DNA of 64,000 nt from contig JBNMGG010000005.1 of NCBI GenBank assembly GCA_050872145.1, forward strand, positions 12,140 to 76,139. Direction: 5' to 3'. Each line of letters starts with the position of its first letter. Positions within the stretch are counted from its first letter, which is position 1. The stretch is from Candidatus Enteromonas sp. (lineage in GTDB: Bacteria > Bacillota_I > Bacilli_A > RFN20 > CAG-826). A program made the position numbers and the translations under genes. Under the pieces are notes generated by a model that searched no databases, was not told where the DNA came from, and saw only the letters and a list, made by a program, of their open reading frames with translations. Of the stretch, positions 1 through 8,753 are shown piece after piece.

Positions 1-1
1 C

Positions 2-964
2 GCCCAATCCAAACTTTGCGACGTCTCTTACGCCCTCATCGCTTATCCCGGCGACGTCAGCAACGCCCGTCAGCTCGTGACCCTCGTCCAAAACGACATG
101 AAGCGCTGCAAGGAACTCGGCAGCGGATACTTGGTTGACCAAAGCGGCTCTGCCCCTCGAAAAGCCAAACGCAGCGAATTCGTCACCTTCTTGCTTAAAG
201 AAGCCATCGAGAAAGAGAAGATGCGCGCCTTCCTCCAACCGATCGTCGACGGGAAGACCCTTCGTCCGATCGTCGGTGACATCCGCGCCGCCCTCTACGG
301 CCCCGACAAGAGCGAAATCGCCCCGGCCGAATTCATCCCGCTTGCTGAGAAGGCCGGGCTTGTCTCCCGCATCGACGTTTCCTCCTTCCAAGCCATGGGC
401 GAGCTTTTCTCCCAATATGGCTACACGATTTTCCGGAACGTCGGCTTGACTCACCTCGCCATCTATTTGTCCTTGGATTCGCTTCTGGACCAAAGCTTCC
501 CGGGGCAAGTCAAGAAAGCCTTCTCCCAATACCATTTCCCCAAAGGATATGTCCAATTCGAAATCAAAGCCGCCTACCTTTCCAAGAACGCTGAAGCGGT
601 GAAGAAACTTCAAACTTCGCTTTCTTCCCTCGCCCTTGAATGGGTCGCTTCCGAGTTCAATTACGAACGCGGCGAATTCGATACCTTGAAGGAGTTCGGC
701 ATCAAGACGATCAAAACCGATCGCTTGGTGGTTGCCAACGCCGTTTCTTCTCCTCGCGACGGGACTTCCTTCGCCCGGTTCTGCTCCGATGCCCAAAAGG
801 CCGGAATCGCAATCGTGGCCACCGGAGTTGAAACCGAGGAGCAGTGCAAGTTCCTCTCCCATCTTGGCGTCTACGCGATGGAAGGTTATTACTTCGGCCG
901 TCCGATGAACGAAGAAGACTTCATCAACTACGTTGCTTACGGTTCCGATCCGAATCGAAGATAA
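2..964 (+). CDS. GGDEF-EAL family protein (EAL c-di-GMP phosphodiesterase-type domain); 5' end outside window
   Basis: The frame is open from nt 2. Residues upstream of the tracked GTG (SYALIAYPGDVSNARQLVTLVQNDMKRCKELG) look like the tail of a GGDEF domain. EAL hallmarks follow: LKEAIEKEKMRAFLQPIVD, EFIPLAEKAGL, KTDRLVV, GVETEEQCKFLSHLGVYAMEGYYFGRP. Confidence 0.75.
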   Translation, partial: AQSKLCDVSYALIAYPGDVSNARQLVTLVQNDMKRCKELGSGYLVDQSGSAPRKAKRSEFVTFLLKEAIEKEKMRAFLQPIVDGKTLRPIVGDIRAALYGPDKSEIAPAEFIPLAEKAGLVSRIDVSSFQAMGELFSQYGYTIFRNVGLTHLAIYLSLDSLLDQSFPGQVKKAFSQYHFPKGYVQFEIKAAYLSKNAEAVKKLQTSLSSLALEWVASEFNYERGEFDTLKEFGIKTIKTDRLVVANAVSSPRDGTSFARFCSDAQKAGIAIVATGVETEEQCKFLSHLGVYAMEGYYFGRPMNEEDFINYVAYGSDPNRR

Positions 965-984
965 AGCCAATTTCTTGGATTTTC

Positions 985-1009
985 GCCCCGGAAACGGGGC
1001 TTTTCTTTT
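985..1009 (+). terminator. rho-independent terminator after the EAL gene
   Basis: GCCCCG-GAAA-CGGGGC hairpin followed by TTTTCTTTT. Confidence 0.8.
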
Positions 1010-1106
1010 GACGATGAAAAACCACAAAAACGGCTCTCTGAGGCAAAAACGCTTTTTCATTGAGTTCTCTATGCAGAAAAGGGAAAACGCCTCTAATGGC
1101 CGTTAA

Positions 1107-1256
1107 AACATTTCTTTTTCGAAACATTACTCTATCTTAAAAAACATTACTCTTACGATAAAGTAACATTACGCTTTGCGCAAAGGAATGTATGAAATAA
1201 CAATATCTTTATTAAGAGTAATGTTGTTTCTTTTAGAGCAATGTTAAAGTAATGTT
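1107..1256. repeat. array of AACATTAC / GTAATGTT motifs (candidate operator array)
   Basis: Forward copies: AACATTACTCT at 1123 and 1143, AACATTACGCT at 1165, and a weaker AACATTT at 1107. Inverted copies: AGAGTAATGTT at 1215 (exact reverse complement of the 11-mer), AGAGCAATGTT at 1235, AAGTAATGTT at 1247. The array sits in AT-rich DNA directly upstream of the 1274 start. Confidence 0.6.
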
Positions 1257-1273
1257 AATTGAGGAATTTTGAC

Positions 1274-2563
1274 ATGGGCATTCAAATTCAGCAAATCTTA
1301 CCGGAAGCCCCTTGGGGAAACTTCGATGCGCTTTATTTTCCAAAAGGTGATCAGCCAGAGAAAAACAGCGCGATTAAAGCCTTGGCGAGCTTTGCTAACA
1401 CCCGGGGCGGAATCGTTTTCTTCGGCGTCAACCCCAATGGAGAGGCCGATGGTTTGGAAATCGATGAGATTGCCGAAATCAAATCGGTGCTCACTGCCTC
1501 TTGGGAACATGATATTTTCCCAAACGTTCCTCTTCGCTTCTTCATGCGCAGCCTGGACGATATGGCGGAGAAATACGTTTTGGGTGCCGCGGTGGACAAA
1601 TCCTCTGAACTCTTTTACTACCAAGGGAAGGCCCTTCGTTTTGAACAAGGGCAGGAATTGCCTTTTGCAGATGAAAAAGAAAATTGGAACGATTTGGCTT
1701 CCCCCAGCAAAGCCCCTTTCCGGGCTAGCGCTTATTCGAACCTCGCTTCCTTCCTTTCCCCTTTGCCGCTGAACCAAACCTTGCTTGATAACGGTATCCT
1801 GCTAACTCCGACTTCCTGTCGGACGGCTTTGGCCTTATTCAAGGATTTGTACAACGGCAAAAACACTTCGGTTGTGATTCGCGTGTTCGATTCGGAAGGT
1901 CAAATCCCTTTGGCCCAAAAAACCGTTTTAGGGCCCCTCCAGGACGTTTTCTCCGAAACGATTGATTTCCTCTTCATCAGCCCTTCCTCCTTCCTCAGCA
2001 AAGCCTTTTCAGACGATTTGAATGCCAAACGTGAGCTCCAGCAGGCATTGGCCCTTTGCTTTTTGAAAAGGGATTACGAAAGCGATTCGCCCATCGAAGT
2101 TTCCCTTGCCCCAACCCGAATCCAATTCGCCTGCCCGGGGCGTTTGCAAAAGAAAAGCGGGGAAGAACACCTTCTCCGCTTGCTTTCCCTATGTTCCTTC
2201 TGCGAAGAGTATGATCCCCTTTTGAATTGCTTGTCCTTGAACCCGGATTCGCCTTTCCACGGCAAAGCGATTCGGCTAAAGGAGGGCGGATTCAAATTGT
2301 CCCTGTCCTTGGGGGAGGAGGAGAGCTACGCTCGTCCTTTGTTCCGAAGGAAGAAAAAAGCGGACGCGGCGATGAGGGAAAAGATCCTCGAGGCCTTGTC
2401 CCAAGGCGACATGGGGGTGGCCGACTTGCAGAAGGTCACGCCCTTCTCTAGCCGGGCTTACTTCCTAAAAGCCCTCATCAATCCCATGATGGAAGAAGGG
2501 CTCATCGAAAAGGTCGGGGACAAGCACTCCCCCGTCTGCGTTTTCCACCGAAAGAATCAATAA
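1274..2563 (+). CDS. AlbA_2/Schlafen-type putative DNA-binding regulator with C-terminal winged-helix-like region
   Basis: The N-terminus FPKGDQPEKNSAIKALASFANTRGGIVFFGVNPNGEADGLE matches the AlbA_2 pattern. The C-terminus (REKILEALSQGDMGVADLQKVTPFSSRAYFLKALINPMMEEGLIEKVG) is wHTH-like. The ATG at 1274 has GAGG 9 nt upstream, and the tracked TTG at 1259 is less likely. Confidence 0.6.
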   Translation: MGIQIQQILPEAPWGNFDALYFPKGDQPEKNSAIKALASFANTRGGIVFFGVNPNGEADGLEIDEIAEIKSVLTASWEHDIFPNVPLRFFMRSLDDMAEKYVLGAAVDKSSELFYYQGKALRFEQGQELPFADEKENWNDLASPSKAPFRASAYSNLASFLSPLPLNQTLLDNGILLTPTSCRTALALFKDLYNGKNTSVVIRVFDSEGQIPLAQKTVLGPLQDVFSETIDFLFISPSSFLSKAFSDDLNAKRELQQALALCFLKRDYESDSPIEVSLAPTRIQFACPGRLQKKSGEEHLLRLLSLCSFCEEYDPLLNCLSLNPDSPFHGKAIRLKEGGFKLSLSLGEEESYARPLFRRKKKADAAMREKILEALSQGDMGVADLQKVTPFSSRAYFLKALINPMMEEGLIEKVGDKHSPVCVFHRKNQ

Positions 2564-2573
2564 GAATCCGTTT

Positions 2574-4061
2574 TTAACGGCTGTGATAGAGCTTCTTCGT
2601 CTCGTAGAAAGGGTCGCTCGTGTTTTCAATGCCGAGCTTCCGAAGGGTTCCATTGTCCATTTCCGAGAGAATCACCGTGCTGTGAGATTGGCATCCGCGA
2701 AGCTTCGGCAATTGCTCCAAGGCCATCTCGGCCAAAGGATTAGTGACCGCGGAGATGGAAAGGGCCAAAAGGATTTCGTCCAAGTGGAGGCGGGGGTTGT
2801 GCCCGCCCAAGGATTCGGTTTTCAGTTTGCAGATCGGCTCCAAAATTGCCTTTGGGATCAATAAGACCGAATCGCGGATCCCGGCAAGATGCTTTAAGGC
2901 GTTTAGAATCATGGCGCTGTTGCAGCGGAGCAAGGGGGAATTCTTCCCGGTGATGATGGTTCCGTCATCGAGTTCGATCGACGCCGCGGGCCCTTGGGTC
3001 TTCTCGGCTTTCATCCTCGCTTCGGCGATGACGCGGCGCTCTTTCTCCTCAATCCCGTTGTTGTTCATGATGGAGGCGATTTTGGCGATTTCGCCCTCGT
3101 TGTTTTGCCCTTGTTTACGCTTGACCAAGGCCTTGAGGTAACGACGGATGATTTCCTGACGGGAAGCTTTTTGGCAGACCTCGTCGTTGCAGATGCAGAA
3201 CCCGGCCATGTTGACGCCCATGTCGGTCGGGGAGCGGTAGGGGGAAGAGCCGAAGATTTTGATGAACACCCGGTTCAGGACGGGGAAGATTTCGACGTCG
3301 CGGTTGTAGTTGACCGTGCTGACGCCATAGGCCTCCAAATGGTAGGGATCGATCATATTGACGTCGTCCAAGTCCGCGGTCGCGGCTTCATAAGCCAAAT
3401 TGACGGGGTGTTTTAAAGGAAGATTCCAAACCGGGAAGGTTTCAAACTTCGCATACCCGGATTTCACCCCGCGCTTGAAATCGTGGTAAAGCTGGCTGAG
3501 GCAGGTGGCCATTTTTCCGCTTCCCGGCCCGGGGGCGGTGAGGACGACTAAGGGGCGGGTGGTTTCGATGTAATCGTTTTTGCCTAAGCCCTCTTCGGAG
3601 ACGATTTTGTCCACGTCGTAGGGATAGCCATCGATTTTGTAGTGACGGTAGGTCTTCACGCCGAGCTTCTGCAAAAGCTTCTCGAAGACTTTGGCCCCTT
3701 TCTGGTTTTGGAACTGGGTCAAAACGACCGAACTTACGTATAAGCCGGCCTCGGCGAAGGCGTCGATCAGACGTAGAACCTCCTGATCGTAGGTGATTCC
3801 CAAGTCCCCACGGGTTTTGGCTTCCTCGATCGTTTGGGAGTTGATCGCGATGACGATTTCGGCCTCGTCTTTCATTTTGAGGAGTAGCTGCAGCTTCGCG
3901 TCGGGGACGAATCCGGGCAGGACGCGGGAGGCGTGGTAATCATCGAAGAGCTTGCCCCCGAATTCGAGGTACAGCTTGCCCCCGAATTGGGCGATCCTCT
4001 CTTGGATGTGCTCGCTTTGCATCGCGAGGTACTTCGCATTGTCAAAACCGATTTCGGGCAT
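2574..4061 (-). CDS. DUF1846 / UPF0371 family protein
   Basis: The N-terminus MPEIGFDNAKYLAMQSEHIQERIAQFGGKLYLEFGGKLFDDYHASRVLPGF is characteristic of the family. The length of 495 aa is typical. Confidence 0.85.
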   Translation of the reverse strand: MPEIGFDNAKYLAMQSEHIQERIAQFGGKLYLEFGGKLFDDYHASRVLPGFVPDAKLQLLLKMKDEAEIVIAINSQTIEEAKTRGDLGITYDQEVLRLIDAFAEAGLYVSSVVLTQFQNQKGAKVFEKLLQKLGVKTYRHYKIDGYPYDVDKIVSEEGLGKNDYIETTRPLVVLTAPGPGSGKMATCLSQLYHDFKRGVKSGYAKFETFPVWNLPLKHPVNLAYEAATADLDDVNMIDPYHLEAYGVSTVNYNRDVEIFPVLNRVFIKIFGSSPYRSPTDMGVNMAGFCICNDEVCQKASRQEIIRRYLKALVKRKQGQNNEGEIAKIASIMNNNGIEEKERRVIAEARMKAEKTQGPAASIELDDGTIITGKNSPLLRCNSAMILNALKHLAGIRDSVLLIPKAILEPICKLKTESLGGHNPRLHLDEILLALSISAVTNPLAEMALEQLPKLRGCQSHSTVILSEMDNGTLRKLGIENTSDPFYETKKLYHSR

Positions 4062-4194
4062 AGTCCCACCCCTCCGAAAATATCGTTCTAAAGTCTAGCA
4101 AAAAAGGCCCTATCGCCTCTAGATGGAATAGGCAAAATAGGGCTAAATTCGGCAAATGGGAAACGTTTTGCGGACTTTTTGAACAAAACCACTC

Positions 4195-4220
4195 AAAAAG
4201 GGCCCCCGAATGGGAGCCCT
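4195..4220 (-). terminator. terminator after the nuclease gene
   Basis: On the minus strand, an AGGGCTCCC-ATTC-GGGGGCCCT hairpin is followed by TTTTT. Confidence 0.7.
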
Positions 4221-4234
4221 GGAAGAAGCGGAAC

Positions 4235-6313
4235 TCAGTCCGCGAGGTTGAGGAGGATGGAAGAGAAAGCCAAGTAGCCGCCTTCTCCCGCGACTTTGAA
4301 GGAGAAGGTTTTTCCGTTGACGGGCATGCTGACCTTAACGGTCTCGTTGTCCTTCACTTCAAGCTCGGTGTCTTTGCCCCAGCAGGAATAGGTGAGGCCG
4401 GAGATGGTTTTCCCGGATGAGGAGGGAACGGCTTTGTACTCGAACTCGACGCTGGCGATGTTGCCTTCGCTGGCGGTGAATTCCATGCCGCCGTTAGGAT
4501 AGACGAGGATCGTTTTGTCGGATTTGTTGTAATGGCAGGCCGAGGTGCCCTTCTTCATCTTCACCTGGATGGCTCCGCCACCAATGCTAAAGCCTTCGGG
4601 CTCGGTCACTTTGGTGAATTGGAAGATGCTGGCGTTGAGGACTTCCGCATTTTCCCCGTTGGGGGTGAGCTCCGGGATGTCGATGGAGGGTTCGTCGACG
4701 TCGGGGATGTCGATTCCGTCGAAGGTCTTGGTGCGGATTCCGTCGAAGTCCCAGATTTGGTTGGCGTATTCGGGGTGATCGACGAAGGGGTTTCGGCCAT
4801 ATCCGTGCGCGGCGAGGTACTCGTTGATTTGCTTCTCCATCGCGGTAACGGGGTATTTGGCGTTCCACTTCAGAAGCTCTTTAAGGGTTCCCATCGTGTG
4901 GGCGGTGGTGGCGTCGCTGGGGTTGTTGGAGAGCTCGAGCGGCTCATTTCCTTTGCTGGATCCGCCTTCGCCGCAGGTGCCGTAATAGGCCGTGGCGGCG
5001 TAGAACATGATGCGCGCGGATTCCCCGCGGGCGGCTTCGTAGCCGCAGGAAGCGGGATCCCAAGTCGCAGATTCGGTTCCGTAGAAGTTATTCCCGCGCC
5101 CGGAGTTTTCCGCTTCAAGGGTCGGGCGGATAATGAAGGGATCGCAGCCCGGTCCGGTTTCGCCGCATCCGCGGGAATTGGGCCAAGTGTGCTCGCGGTT
5201 GATGCTTTCATTACCGTTGCGGTTGACCGTGTAAGCCCCCTTTCCGGTGACGCCTTCGCTGACGTTGGGGGCGGCGTGGTAGAAGGGGACGAAGGTATCC
5301 GATCCTTCGGGGTAGGAAGCGGCCGACATGCCGATTTCCTTGCACTCGCTATAGGTGGCGGAGTTGGTCTTGTAACGGGAGGCGATGAGCTGTTTCAGGG
5401 CGCCGCGGAAGGAATTGCCATAGGTGTTGAAGTTCAAGCCTTCCCAGTGGGTGCTGTCGGTGGTTCCGCCGTAGTTGAGGTCGGAGTCGTCGATTTTGGG
5501 GACGTCGGGGGTGTCCGGAGTGGGAACGGAGATTTTGCCGGGGACGTAGAAATAGACGTAGGCGTTGTCCTTGTGGGCTTCGCTGGTTCCGCAGAATGAG
5601 CTCGAATAATACTGAAGGTAGACGTTTTTGGAGGAGAGGGCCTGAGCTTTGCCTTCCTCATCGAAGGTGATGGTCCAGTCGGTGCCTTCTTTGCCCGCTT
5701 CGACGCCGATGCTGTAGTGGGTGCCGCTGATGTAGCTGTGGAGGTCTTTGCCGTCGACGGTGAACTTAAAGGTGGATTCTCCGAGTTTGGTCACGTCCCA
5801 AATGGCGGTGTTGGAGATGGTCGCGACGTCTTTGTGGTCGTTGGCCTCTTTGAGGGCTTCCCCGGTGATGTACCAAGGCAGGTCTTCGCGCTTCGGGGTC
5901 GCGGTCATGCCGAAGAGGTCGGCTTTGTTGTAGGCCCCGATGATGACTTTGCTGGCGGAGGCGAGCTCCTCAATGCTTTCGATGCGGCGGTAGCCGTCGA
6001 CGAGGTCGGGATCTTCTTCAGAGGAGGAACTCTCGGAAGAGGACTCGCTGCTGGAGGAAGCCGGTTCTTCGGAAGAGGAGGCGTCCTCGTAGGTGGAGGA
6101 CTCACTGGAGGGAGCGGGTTCCTCGGAGGTGGAAGAATCGGAAGTCGGATTGGAAGAAGGGGCCTGGGTGTCGGGAGAACTCACCTGGCTTTGGGAGTTT
6201 TCCGGCTCGGAGGTGGTTTCACTGCTAGAGGCGGGGGTGTCGTTTGCGCAGGAGGCGATCCCCATCGCGGCCAGAGACAGCACGAAAAGCATGCTGACTT
6301 TTTTGGACTTCAT
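4235..6313 (-). CDS. secreted lipoprotein, endonuclease I (EndA/NucM) family, with Ser/Glu/Pro-rich linker and extra N- and C-terminal domains
   Basis: The internal ATG at 6313 gives MKSKKVSMLFVLSLAAMGIASCAN (signal peptide plus lipobox). A low-complexity S/E/P tract follows. The motif NREHTWPNSRG plus NPFVDHPEYANQIW is typical of extracellular endonuclease I. The tracked upstream extension has no signal peptide logic. Confidence 0.7.
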   Translation of the reverse strand: MKSKKVSMLFVLSLAAMGIASCANDTPASSSETTSEPENSQSQVSSPDTQAPSSNPTSDSSTSEEPAPSSESSTYEDASSSEEPASSSSESSSESSSSEEDPDLVDGYRRIESIEELASASKVIIGAYNKADLFGMTATPKREDLPWYITGEALKEANDHKDVATISNTAIWDVTKLGESTFKFTVDGKDLHSYISGTHYSIGVEAGKEGTDWTITFDEEGKAQALSSKNVYLQYYSSSFCGTSEAHKDNAYVYFYVPGKISVPTPDTPDVPKIDDSDLNYGGTTDSTHWEGLNFNTYGNSFRGALKQLIASRYKTNSATYSECKEIGMSAASYPEGSDTFVPFYHAAPNVSEGVTGKGAYTVNRNGNESINREHTWPNSRGCGETGPGCDPFIIRPTLEAENSGRGNNFYGTESATWDPASCGYEAARGESARIMFYAATAYYGTCGEGGSSKGNEPLELSNNPSDATTAHTMGTLKELLKWNAKYPVTAMEKQINEYLAAHGYGRNPFVDHPEYANQIWDFDGIRTKTFDGIDIPDVDEPSIDIPELTPNGENAEVLNASIFQFTKVTEPEGFSIGGGAIQVKMKKGTSACHYNKSDKTILVYPNGGMEFTASEGNIASVEFEYKAVPSSSGKTISGLTYSCWGKDTELEVKDNETVKVSMPVNGKTFSFKVAGEGGYLAFSSILLNLAD

Positions 6314-6554
6314 TCTGTTTTCTGTTTCCTTTTCTGGGCTTTCGCCCGAACTCCAAGGAAGTCCTTGGTAGGGTATTCTAAACCCGCAGAAGCGGAAATT
6401 GATGGACTTTTCGTCAATCCTTGACCATAAATTGACACAAAGCGCTTCCAACTTTTTCCATGTTGGCCGACCTTGGGAATGAGTTTTAATCTATTGCATT
6501 AAGATTCGGATTTTTTGAAGGAAAACGCCCTTTTTTATGAAAAAAAGCCAGGGG

Positions 6555-7154
6555 TTAGAACCCCAAGCTCGTGAGATAGGCGTTGATTTCTTCTTGCGAA
6601 GTTCCGATGGAGAAACGCTTTCCTTCATGCCAAGTCCCAGTATTGGAAGCAAGGTGGCTGGCACTATTCCCAATCGGAGAGGAAGCGGAAGTGCAGAAGG
6701 GGTAAACCTGTTGCCCTTCGAAGGATTGGCTTTCCACGAAGGTGTAGAGGATTTTCGGGGCTTCTCCCCACCAAAGGGGATAGCCGAGGAAAACCGTCGA
6801 ATAGGAATCCAAAGAAATTGAATTTGCGATTTCCGGCCGGCAGGAGGGATCCGCGTTTTCTTTTGAGGTCCGCGAAGTGGGGGAGGAGTAGTTAAGATCC
6901 TCCGCGGTATAAGGGTCCTTGGGCTCGATTTCGATGGGCGAAAGGGCTAGATGCGAGGCGATTTTCTCGGCGACGGACTTGGTATGTCCCGTCGCGGAGA
7001 AATAGACCACGACGATCGAAGAGCTTTCCTCGCTTCCGGGGATCGATGTTTCGAACTGGCTGCTTTCTAAGGAAGAGCTTCTCTCGTTCGAAGGGGAGAC
7101 GGAGCAAGAGGCTAAGGCAAGGGAAACCAAGCAAAGGGAAAGGGCCTTTCTCAT
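6555..7154 (-). CDS. flavodoxin-like lipoprotein (exported)
   Basis: MRKALSLCLVSLALASCS lipoprotein signal, then VVVYFSATGHTKSVAEKIA and GYPLWWGEAP flavodoxin-fold motifs. The start overlaps the upstream stop (ATGA). Confidence 0.7.
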   Translation of the reverse strand: MRKALSLCLVSLALASCSVSPSNERSSSLESSQFETSIPGSEESSSIVVVYFSATGHTKSVAEKIASHLALSPIEIEPKDPYTAEDLNYSSPTSRTSKENADPSCRPEIANSISLDSYSTVFLGYPLWWGEAPKILYTFVESQSFEGQQVYPFCTSASSPIGNSASHLASNTGTWHEGKRFSIGTSQEEINAYLTSLGF

Positions 7155-7900
7155 TTGCTTTCCTTGAGCTTCGCGTAAGAGGCGTCGTCGACTTCTTCAA
7201 GCCACTCGGTGGAAGTCTCTTCCCCGGGGACTTCGATGGCGAGGTGGGAGAACCAGCTGTCGGCGGTGGCGCCGTGCCAATGCTTGACGTTGGCGGGGAT
7301 GACCACGACGTCGCCTTCCTTCAGTTTGCGGGGTGCTTTCCCTTCTTCGGCGTACCACCCTTCGCCCTCGACGACCAAGAGGATCTGCCCTCCGCCGGAT
7401 TTGGCGTGGTGGATATGCCAGGCGTTGCGGCAACCAGGCTCGAAGATCACGTTGGAGATATGGAGATTGTCCTTGGGCCCGGTGAGGGGCTTCAAATAGG
7501 ATTTGCCGATGAAATACTTCGCGTAGGCGACGTTCTCCTCCCCCATCCCGAAGATCCCTCCGTGGACAAGTGGGGTGTCGTCGTCTTTGTAGACTTCCTT
7601 CGCTTGGCGGAAGGCGGCCCAGGCGTTGGGCCAGCCCGCGTAGAAGGCGATGTGGGTCAAAAGTTCGGCCATCTCTTGTTTGGTGACCCCATGCTCCTTG
7701 GCACTTTGCAGATGGTAGGTCAAAGAAGAGTCGACGATGCCTTTCCCGATCAGGGCGCTGACGGTGATGAGGGAACGGTCGCGGAGAGACAATTCCGCCT
7801 CCCGCGACCAAACCTCGCCAAAGAGAACGTCGTCGTTGAGCTCGGCGAATTTCGGGGCGAATTCCCCCAGGGCATCGTGCCCGGCTGTTTGCTTTTTCAT
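7151..7900 (-). CDS. carboxymuconolactone decarboxylase-family domain fused to a cupin domain
   Basis: The ATG at 7900 is preceded by AGGAGG. The N-terminal half (VWSREAELSLRDRSLITVSALIGKG...HIAFYAGWPNAWAA) is CMD-like. The C-terminal half (GGGQILLVVEGEGWYAEEGKAPRKLKEGDVVVIPANVKHWHGA) is cupin-like. Confidence 0.7.
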   Translation of the reverse strand: MKKQTAGHDALGEFAPKFAELNDDVLFGEVWSREAELSLRDRSLITVSALIGKGIVDSSLTYHLQSAKEHGVTKQEMAELLTHIAFYAGWPNAWAAFRQAKEVYKDDDTPLVHGGIFGMGEENVAYAKYFIGKSYLKPLTGPKDNLHISNVIFEPGCRNAWHIHHAKSGGGQILLVVEGEGWYAEEGKAPRKLKEGDVVVIPANVKHWHGATADSWFSHLAIEVPGEETSTEWLEEVDDASYAKLKESK

Positions 7901-8340
7901 TTTTCTTTTCCTCCTGAAATCCCCTCTTGCATGAGGGTTTGCTTCATCTTCTTCAGATTTTGGATGAAGTCCTTTTGCGAGAACGGCAGCGATTCGTAAA
8001 CTCGCTTTTCCAAGGCATAGAGATCCTTCAAGGCCGAATCCGCGAACTTCTTTCCCTCCGCGTTGAGGCAGATGGACATTTGCCTTTTCTCGCCGGGGAT
8101 TTGTTCCATGATCAGATAGCCCTTGCTGAACAACTCTAGAACCAGCGTGTTCACCGTGGTCTTGGGCATTTCCCAGTCTTTGGCGATTTGGATTTGGCTG
8201 TGCTTCTTCCCATCGTTCAGCGCGTAGAGGACCCAAAGCAAATTGCCCTTCACGTTCTTCGATCGCGCGTAATCTTCGTAGAGGCCGTCGATCGCGTAGA
8301 GCTCTTTGCCAAATTCATAGAAGAATGTCCTGCTGTCCAT
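7897..8340 (-). CDS. MarR family transcriptional regulator
   Basis: 147 aa with a wHTH core (HSQIQIAKDWEMPKTTVNTLVLELFSKGYLIMEQIPGEKRQMSICLNAEGKK). There is a 4-nt overlap with the downstream gene. Confidence 0.8.
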   Translation of the reverse strand: MDSRTFFYEFGKELYAIDGLYEDYARSKNVKGNLLWVLYALNDGKKHSQIQIAKDWEMPKTTVNTLVLELFSKGYLIMEQIPGEKRQMSICLNAEGKKFADSALKDLYALEKRVYESLPFSQKDFIQNLKKMKQTLMQEGISGGKEK

Positions 8341-8409
8341 TTTGAAATCCCAATTCGTATTTTAAAAGGGAACTCCGACTTTGCAACCCCCAAAGAAAAA
8401 GGGGAACGT

Positions 8410-8751
8410 TCATTCCCCCGTGATTTCGGTAATCTCGAATTCGAACCCCTTTTCGATGGGACAGTCCTTGCATCCGCATTTGGGGCAGGTGGTTTGCCCA
8501 TGCTCAGGGTGGAAGACTTCCCCGCATTTGGGGCAGCGGGCGGAGGAGGGGAGGTATTCGATCTCCAGTTTCGCCCCTTCAAGCCTCGTCCCTTCGGAAG
8601 CCGGTCCCCAGCAATCCTGCATAAAACGCGGCAAAACCCCCGTAACCTCTCCGACTTGCAGCTTTATTTTCTGAATTTTATGCAAACCCTCTTCGTCCAT
8701 CAGGTTCTCGAGGGTCCGCACCATTTCGGTGCAAAGGCTGAGCTCGTGCAC
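8410..8751 (-). CDS. hypA: HypA/HybF-type nickel metallochaperone-like zinc-ribbon protein
   Basis: A GTG start at 8751 lies 2 nt after the upstream stop, with GGAGGGAG in front. The product is VHELSLCTEMVRTLENL...KIKLQVGEVTGV...CPKCGEVF...CPKCGCKD..IEKGFEFEI, which is the canonical HypA layout at 113 aa. Confidence 0.7.
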   Translation of the reverse strand: MHELSLCTEMVRTLENLMDEEGLHKIQKIKLQVGEVTGVLPRFMQDCWGPASEGTRLEGAKLEIEYLPSSARCPKCGEVFHPEHGQTTCPKCGCKDCPIEKGFEFEITEITGE

Positions 8752-8753
8752 GG

